Both the position numbers and the translations under genes were made by a program. The notes below the pieces were generated by a model. That model was not told the origin of the DNA. It did no database searches and saw only the letters and a program-made list of their open reading frames with translations. From contig NZ_DAIQRQ010000002.1 of the NCBI RefSeq assembly GCF_036786105.1, forward strand, positions 16,624 to 80,623: a stretch of 64,000 bases of DNA. Reading direction: 5' to 3'. Shown here one piece after another: positions 58,002-64,000 of this stretch (the stretch's first letter is position 1; every line of letters begins with the position of its first letter). This DNA comes from Ohtaekwangia sp. (GTDB taxonomy: Bacteria > Bacteroidota > Bacteroidia > Cytophagales > Cyclobacteriaceae).

Positions 58002-61000
58002 CTATATCTTTCGGGTTGTTACTGTAATGGTTGTGCCAAGGTGATTCTCAAGTGAGAATTGCCCTTCTATAGCTTCGGCCCTGCGCCGCATATTTCGCAG
58101 GCCGTTACCTTTGGGTGATCCATTGGCAGGAGTACCTTTGCCATCATCTTTTATAGTCATGGCGAACTCACCTCTGGCAGCAGATAACACTACTTGAACA
58201 CGGCTGGCCTGCGCGTGTTTTACAATGTTGTTGACAGCTTCTTTGAAAATGAGGTATAGATTCTGTTTAAGAACAGGGTCAAGTATCTTTTTGTCATCAA
58301 TACCCTGCGCCTGAAACTCGAATGCTATATTTTTTGCCTGCAATACTTCAGAGGCAAAATCTTTCATGCGAAGTGTGAGTGCTTCCAGGGTATCGTATCG
58401 GTTGTCGATAGACCAAACTATATCACTCATGGTTGTAACTACCTCACGACTCAGCTCACTGATGCCCTTCAGGTATGTTTTACTCTCATTCTCTTCCGAA
58501 CCGTTTTGAACAAGATCAGAGTATATAGATATACGTGTTAAGCTCGATCCAACCTCATCATGCAGATCGCTGGCAATTTTGTTGCGAAGGCGTTCTACCT
58601 TCAGCGACTGCTCAAGTCTATACCGGTGGATTACATACATCAACGCAGCCGATAACAGTATAACAAGTGATGTAAACCACCAGGTTTGCCAGAAAGGCGG
58701 ACGAATATAGAGTTTGATGGATGCTCCGGGCTCTGTCCAGTAGCCATCCGGATTGGCGGCTTTTACGCGAAAGGTATAATGCCCCGGATCGAGGTTGGTA
58801 TAATGTGCTTCACGTGTATTGCCAGCATCCGTCCACGTGTTGTCAAAACCATCAAGTTTGTAGCTATATTTTATTTTGCCCGGTGCAGAAAATTCCAGCG
58901 CTGCAAAAGAGAATGTGATATAATTCTCATCATAGCTTAGCGATATATCACCCTTTGGTAAATATATTTTCTCAAACACCGCATAATTCTGAATGAGTAA
59001 CGAAGGCGGTATAGTATTTTCCCGGATGGCGGCAGGATCGAATACATTAAATCCGTTGACACCGCCGAAGTAAATTTCACCCGTGGAGCTTTTCAAAAAA
59101 GCATTGGAGTTAAACTCGTTGCTTTGAAGTCCATCCGTTTCCGTATAGTTCTTGAATGTATACGTTTTAGGATTGAATTTGCTAATGCCTCCGTTGGTGC
59201 TGATCCAGTAACTGCCGGTATTGTCCTGCAACATTTCATAGACCACATTATTGGCAAGCCCGTCTTTTTCAAAGAAGTGTGTGAACTTTCCCGTGGTAGT
59301 GTTGAACTTGTTTAAACCACTGTGCGTGCAGATCCAGAATATACTATCATTTTGCTGGTTGATGCTGATTACCACCTGGTCGCTTAACCCCGTTGCATCC
59401 TTGCGGTCGTATTGATAATTGGTAAATGTGCCCGATTGCTTGTTATATATGCTTAACCCGCCACCCCAGAAACCGATCCATATATTTTCCTTGTAATCGC
59501 GATAGATGCAATTGATAAAGTTTGATCCGATGCTGTTAGGGTCTTTCGGATTCATCTTATACTGCTTTACTTCTTCTGTCTGCAGATTGTAATGCAGCAA
59601 ACCATCTTCATGTGTACCAATCCATAAAGAATTATCGTCATCCAACATTACTTCATTTACCATGGTGATCTTGCCCAATGGAGAGTTATGTGAGCCGAGG
59701 AAGAAACGCGTGTTGCCGGTATATTTGTCGTATCGCACCAGCCCGGCATTGAAAGAAGCAATCCAGAACACACCATCTTTAAAAATCATCTTGTAAATGT
59801 TGCTGGCTATATTTCCACGATCATCGCGTATGGTAATTTGTTTAAATGATCGTGTAACCGGATCGAACATGTTAATCGGTCCGCTCTCAGTGCCTATCCA
59901 TACTTTGCCGGCATCATCTTCACAAAACGACCAGACCATATTTTGCGATAGACTGTTGGGGTCTCCCTGCCGGTTACGAAAAGTTCTAAAGAGATTTTTG
60001 TGCGGGTCATACAGATCAACGCCGCTTCCCGAAACCCAGATTATACCGGTGCGATCTTCAAACAATGCATAAATAGAGTTACTACTGATACCATTGGGAT
60101 TGGACGGATCGTGCTGATAGTTATAAAAGCGTTTGGCATCATGATCGTAAAAGCGAAGACCGCTGTTGGTGCCAATCCACATGTTGCCATGCGAATCACA
60201 TATAATTTTGTTCACATCATTTACACCAAAATTCAGAATGTGTACAAACCGGTTAGTGGATCTTTCAAATATAGTGAGCCCTGACGCATAACTGCCGATC
60301 CATAAATTGCCTTCCTTATCTTCTGCAATAGAAGTGATGCGCCCGGCCCCTCCAAAACCATATTCACCCTGCGTGTCGAAACGTTGAAAATGTATACCTT
60401 TTTCATCTTCTACTACACGATTGAGGCCACCGTTCCAGGTGCCCACCCAAATTGTACCTTTGCTGTCGCAGAACAATGTGCGCACGGCATTGTCGCTAAG
60501 GGATTGTTGATCATCCGGATTATTTTTGAAGCTTTGAAATGTATTGGTGCCAGCATGGTATAGATTCAGCCCGCTTCCCCATGAAGAAATCCAGAGTCTC
60601 CCTTTTTTATCTTTAATTATATAATTCGGGCGATTGCCACTGATGGAAGTTGAATCGTGCATTTTGTGATAGTATTGCACAAACCTGTCTTCACTGCGGA
60701 TATACCTGCAAAGACCTTGAAATGTACCCACCCATATATCACCCTTTGCATCTTCCTGCACAGTCCATACCCAGTTGTGCGTAAGCGTTGTACTATCAAA
60801 AGGATTGTTCTTGAAGACTTTAAACTCATGGCCATCAAAACGATTAAGTCCATCTTGTGTTCCGATCCATATATAGCCGTGGCTGTCTTGAAAGATACTA
60901 TAGGGCTGCGATTGTGATAGACCATCTTTAATCGTGAGGTGATCGAACCGGAATGACGCAGGTTGCGCACCGGCATCGAAAATAAAGGTAAAGAATGCGA

Positions 61001-61067
61001 TGACACAATAAAGAGGGTAGTTCTTCACAAGTAGAGCAATAACCGAACAACGAAAATACAAATTCAC
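58002..61067 (-). CDS. sensor histidine kinase with periplasmic tandem beta-propeller + Y_Y_Y domains, HisKA_3 and HATPase_c
   Basis: 1021 aa with many repeats of the two-component-regulator propeller unit (...G.IW(I/V)GT..GL..). One TM helix (WWFTSLVILLSAALMYVIH), an H-box ASDLHDEVGSSLTRI and ATPase N/G boxes are present. Confidence 0.9.
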   Translation of the reverse strand: MNLYFRCSVIALLVKNYPLYCVIAFFTFIFDAGAQPASFRFDHLTIKDGLSQSQPYSIFQDSHGYIWIGTQDGLNRFDGHEFKVFKNNPFDSTTLTHNWVWTVQEDAKGDIWVGTFQGLCRYIRSEDRFVQYYHKMHDSTSISGNRPNYIIKDKKGRLWISSWGSGLNLYHAGTNTFQSFKNNPDDQQSLSDNAVRTLFCDSKGTIWVGTWNGGLNRVVEDEKGIHFQRFDTQGEYGFGGAGRITSIAEDKEGNLWIGSYASGLTIFERSTNRFVHILNFGVNDVNKIICDSHGNMWIGTNSGLRFYDHDAKRFYNYQHDPSNPNGISSNSIYALFEDRTGIIWVSGSGVDLYDPHKNLFRTFRNRQGDPNSLSQNMVWSFCEDDAGKVWIGTESGPINMFDPVTRSFKQITIRDDRGNIASNIYKMIFKDGVFWIASFNAGLVRYDKYTGNTRFFLGSHNSPLGKITMVNEVMLDDDNSLWIGTHEDGLLHYNLQTEEVKQYKMNPKDPNSIGSNFINCIYRDYKENIWIGFWGGGLSIYNKQSGTFTNYQYDRKDATGLSDQVVISINQQNDSIFWICTHSGLNKFNTTTGKFTHFFEKDGLANNVVYEMLQDNTGSYWISTNGGISKFNPKTYTFKNYTETDGLQSNEFNSNAFLKSSTGEIYFGGVNGFNVFDPAAIRENTIPPSLLIQNYAVFEKIYLPKGDISLSYDENYITFSFAALEFSAPGKIKYSYKLDGFDNTWTDAGNTREAHYTNLDPGHYTFRVKAANPDGYWTEPGASIKLYIRPPFWQTWWFTSLVILLSAALMYVIHRYRLEQSLKVERLRNKIASDLHDEVGSSLTRISIYSDLVQNGSEENESKTYLKGISELSREVVTTMSDIVWSIDNRYDTLEALTLRMKDFASEVLQAKNIAFEFQAQGIDDKKILDPVLKQNLYLIFKEAVNNIVKHAQASRVQVVLSAARGEFAMTIKDDGKGTPANGSPKGNGLRNMRRRAEAIEGQFSLENHLGTTITVTTRKI

Positions 61068-61072
61068 TGCAA

Positions 61073-61963
61073 CTAAATAAATCGTTGCAGTATAGAATTT
61101 ACAGATGAAAGATAGCCCACGCCAAAAAGGTTTACATGCACCAGCAATGGGTATAGATTGTAAAGATCAACACGTTTATCAAAACCCGGCACCAGGGGAA
61201 ATACTTCCCCATAGGCATCCAGAAAATTACCATCAAAGCCTCCGAACAATTGGGTCATGGCCAAATCGATTTCGCGATGGCCGAAATATACCGCCGGATC
61301 AATAAGGCAAGGACTTCCGGAAGCATGTGTCAGGATATTGCCACTCCATAAATCACCGTGTATTAAAGAAGGCTTTTCTTCGGGCAGCAGTGCTGGCAAT
61401 TTGGTGTAGAGCGTTTCAAAGTCTCGCTGCAAAGCAGACGAAGCGTGGCCGGCATGTACCGCGAATTGAAGTTGAACCTGCAGCCGCTGATGAATAAAGA
61501 ATTCAATCCAGGAATGAGATGGAGAGTTTATTTGCTGAATCGAACCAATATAATTATCATGATCGAGACCGTAAGATGCTGCTGAAGTTTGATGCAACCT
61601 GGCTAACTGCTGACCGAAATCATTCCAGTAGGATTTGGATGGTGCGCCGGGTGCTTCTATAAATTCGAGCAGTAAAAACTGATGCTCATCCGTTTCTCCT
61701 GTGGCAATGACATCCGGTATATATATACTTTTCGCCTGACCTAATAATGCCAACCCACGTGCTTCGGTAGCAAACATGTTGGGATAACGACTCCGGCTGT
61801 TCCATTTCAGAAAATAGACTCCGGAAGATGTGGTGAACCTGCCACCATGGTTAATACATCCACCGCTTATGGATGTAAAGGATTGGAAAGCAACCGTGCC
61901 GGAAAGATTGTGTTGCAATGCTTTCAGTGCGCCTTCACGTACATCTTCCGGAACAAGGCTCAT
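61073..61963 (-). CDS. fructosamine/ketosamine kinase family protein
   Basis: 296 aa with a kinase-like fold, the catalytic motif LIHGDLWSGN and the downstream IDPAVYFGHRE. Confidence 0.9.
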   Translation of the reverse strand: MSLVPEDVREGALKALQHNLSGTVAFQSFTSISGGCINHGGRFTTSSGVYFLKWNSRSRYPNMFATEARGLALLGQAKSIYIPDVIATGETDEHQFLLLEFIEAPGAPSKSYWNDFGQQLARLHQTSAASYGLDHDNYIGSIQQINSPSHSWIEFFIHQRLQVQLQFAVHAGHASSALQRDFETLYTKLPALLPEEKPSLIHGDLWSGNILTHASGSPCLIDPAVYFGHREIDLAMTQLFGGFDGNFLDAYGEVFPLVPGFDKRVDLYNLYPLLVHVNLFGVGYLSSVNSILQRFI

Positions 61964-61981
61964 ACCATTATAATCAGGTAA

Positions 61982-64000
61982 CTACAACGATAAACCAGTT
62001 TTAAGGCCTGCATAATAATTAATGCCTGGCGCGGCATTATAGTATCTGCCAAGCGCAGCATTAAGGTCATTGCCCAGACTATATTTTGCATTCAATGCAT
62101 TATCAACACCTCCGAATATATCCAGCGAAAGGCGCTGCCATTGTTTTTTATAGCCGGCACGGGCACCAAGCAAAAAGTAGTCGTTCGCGTAATCTGTATT
62201 GGCATCGTTCACAGGGATGCGATCGGTATAAGTAAACGTGATGTTTGTATACAATCCCGTTTGTATATTAAGATCCAAGCCAGCTACAACAATATGAGGT
62301 GCTATGCCGGTAAGTTTATTGCCGCTGTAGTTAGTGGTGTCTTTCGCGTAGTTTTTAAATGTATAGTCATTATACGTAAAACTCGTCCATACTTTCAGAT
62401 TTGATAAGAATGATTGTGGCGATAGATGAGGTGACCATCCGAGCTGGATTTCAGCACCACGCTGCTGTGTTTTGCCGGCATTTACAAAATATTCAGCGCC
62501 ATCGTCCAGGCGCCTGGTAACAATGGTCTCGTTGAGTTGAAAATTATAGACAACTACATCATAAGTAAAAGTAGTATTGAACAACAGACCACGAATGCCT
62601 ATTTCGGAATTTTTTCCCTGTTCTGGTTTGAGATCAGGATTAAATTGCCCCGTAGAAGGGAATAATTCCTGAGAAGTAGGGGGTGAATATCCCTGGCTGT
62701 AGCTCGCATGAATAGAGATATATGGACTGATTTTATTTAATAATGCTATGCGAGGAGAAAAAACAAGGTCGAAATTATTACTGGCATTTCTCGGAGGAGT
62801 GTCTGATAATTTGATATCATTAACATCTAGCTTGTTAATACTTGCACCGGCAGTAAGAAAGAAATTGGCAGGCAGGTAAAACTCAGCCTGGGCAAAACCA
62901 AAATAGGTATTGATGGAGATCTCATCATCGGTTTGCATCGCGCCTGATTGGCCCTGGTTATTATCGTATACTTTTACAGGCGAGAAGCTGCGTTGATATT
63001 CAGCACCAAAATTCAGTTTACCTTTCGGGAAAATATACTGTGTGTTGGTTCTTGCTCCCATGCCTTGTTCCACACGTTTCTCAACATTACGAATAGCAGG
63101 GTTGTCGAATTGCGTGAACGATCCGTATACACCGGTTGTGTTAGACCAGCGATCGTTCCACTGATAATCATAACTTAAACCTGAATAGAACGTCTTGTTG
63201 TATACAGCTGCCTTTTGTTCAATAGCACCCGGATTAGGTCCTGCAGTCGGGCGTGCCTGTCGTGGATCAGTCTGATATTGTTGCTTTGTCAAGGCGCCTG
63301 GTGTTTGATAGTACAAGTCAGCGTAGAGTATATTGGCTGATAAGGTTCCTTTTTCATTCACCAGAAAATCGGCTTGTGTCTGCACAACATCGCGTGCCAT
63401 CTTTGTTTGCTGACGATAGCCATCAGACTGCTGGTGTGCATAGAGTACTTGTATATTGCTTTGGTCGCTGTGCGATTTTGCCTGCATAGTATAGCGCATC
63501 AATCCATAACTGCCAGCCATGGCCGATACATCTATACCGCTTTTAACGGGTGAATTTTTTAAAAGCAACACGCCACCCGTGCCCGCGCCATACAGGCTTG
63601 TGCCCGGGCCTTTAATGATTTCTGCCTGCTGAAAAGAATTTTGATCCAGGAGATTCAGGTATGTGTTACCGCCTGCATCCGTAAACGGCAATCCATTCCA
63701 GTAAACTTTTACATTGCGTACACCAAAAGGTGAGCGCAGCGAGCTCCCGCGTATAGCCAGTCGGTAGCTTCCTGGCGACCGTTCTTCCATACGTACGCCC
63801 GGCACGGTATTTATAGCAGATAATAGGGATGTATTGCTGAATCGTTCGAGTTCTTTCGTTTGCAGAAGGCCAATAGAGGCAGGCACTTCAGACAGCGGGC
63901 GGTCATACTGAAAAGCTTCAATTGTGACTTCATCAAGTACCTGGGTAGTATCCGCTGAGCGATTTTCTTGTTGTGCTATAGCCGAAAGGGAGCGAACTAT
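61982..64000 (-). CDS. TonB-dependent receptor (N-terminus outside window)
   Basis: Plug-domain motifs (VPGVRMEERSPGSYRLAIRGSS) are followed by a long beta-barrel ending in an aromatic-rich C-terminus (YYAGLKTGLSL). The frame stays open from 63886 to the window edge (…LDEVTIEAFQYDRPLSEVPASIG…), so the gene is 5'-truncated here. Confidence 0.9.
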   Translation of the reverse strand: MVRSLSAIAQQENRSADTTQVLDEVTIEAFQYDRPLSEVPASIGLLQTKELERFSNTSLLSAINTVPGVRMEERSPGSYRLAIRGSSLRSPFGVRNVKVYWNGLPFTDAGGNTYLNLLDQNSFQQAEIIKGPGTSLYGAGTGGVLLLKNSPVKSGIDVSAMAGSYGLMRYTMQAKSHSDQSNIQVLYAHQQSDGYRQQTKMARDVVQTQADFLVNEKGTLSANILYADLYYQTPGALTKQQYQTDPRQARPTAGPNPGAIEQKAAVYNKTFYSGLSYDYQWNDRWSNTTGVYGSFTQFDNPAIRNVEKRVEQGMGARTNTQYIFPKGKLNFGAEYQRSFSPVKVYDNNQGQSGAMQTDDEISINTYFGFAQAEFYLPANFFLTAGASINKLDVNDIKLSDTPPRNASNNFDLVFSPRIALLNKISPYISIHASYSQGYSPPTSQELFPSTGQFNPDLKPEQGKNSEIGIRGLLFNTTFTYDVVVYNFQLNETIVTRRLDDGAEYFVNAGKTQQRGAEIQLGWSPHLSPQSFLSNLKVWTSFTYNDYTFKNYAKDTTNYSGNKLTGIAPHIVVAGLDLNIQTGLYTNITFTYTDRIPVNDANTDYANDYFLLGARAGYKKQWQRLSLDIFGGVDNALNAKYSLGNDLNAALGRYYNAAPGINYYAGLKTGLSL

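Noticed and set aside
63887-64000. Treating the GTG at 63886 as the true start of the TonB-dependent receptor
   Set aside because: The frame stays open to the window edge. The upstream translation (…LDEVTIEAFQYDRPLSEV…) continues the plug-domain lead-in, and no signal peptide is present at 63886. The gene is therefore 5'-truncated by the window.

Overview
The window reads as a core chromosomal region of a Bacteroidota genome, probably Chitinophagia or Sphingobacteriia-like. This placement is an inference from several traits: lipoprotein and signal-peptide-rich gene content, a propeller/Y_Y_Y sensor kinase, a TonB-dependent receptor, TAnnTTTG-type -7 boxes and the lack of Shine-Dalgarno sequences. 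I support about 57 protein-coding genes at high coding density. Recognisable housekeeping genes include yajC, coaE, dxs, scpA, proC, tpx, rnr, polA and an HU gene. Others include an MFP-RND-OMF efflux operon, purine nucleoside phosphorylase, DPP-IV, an M14 carboxypeptidase and an acyl-CoA ligase. I found no rRNA, tRNA, CRISPR array, transposase, integrase or phage genes, and no recognisable defence-system components. About a dozen stem-loops fit intrinsic terminators. I cannot point to a clear novel multi-gene system. The best candidates for undescribed biology are listed here. (1) A 792-aa GAF-domain protein with two large unassignable regions, flanked by lipoprotein genes. (2) A terminator-insulated module of a GbsR-type regulator plus two small membrane proteins, with palindromic operator-like sites. 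(3) A TonB receptor - fructosamine kinase - orphan propeller histidine kinase operon, with an orphan NarL-type regulator about 37 kb away. (4) Two unusually long ORF-free gaps (684 and 675 nt) and a few structured intergenic elements. All functional calls come from motif and architecture recognition by eye, and none has been confirmed by a database search.
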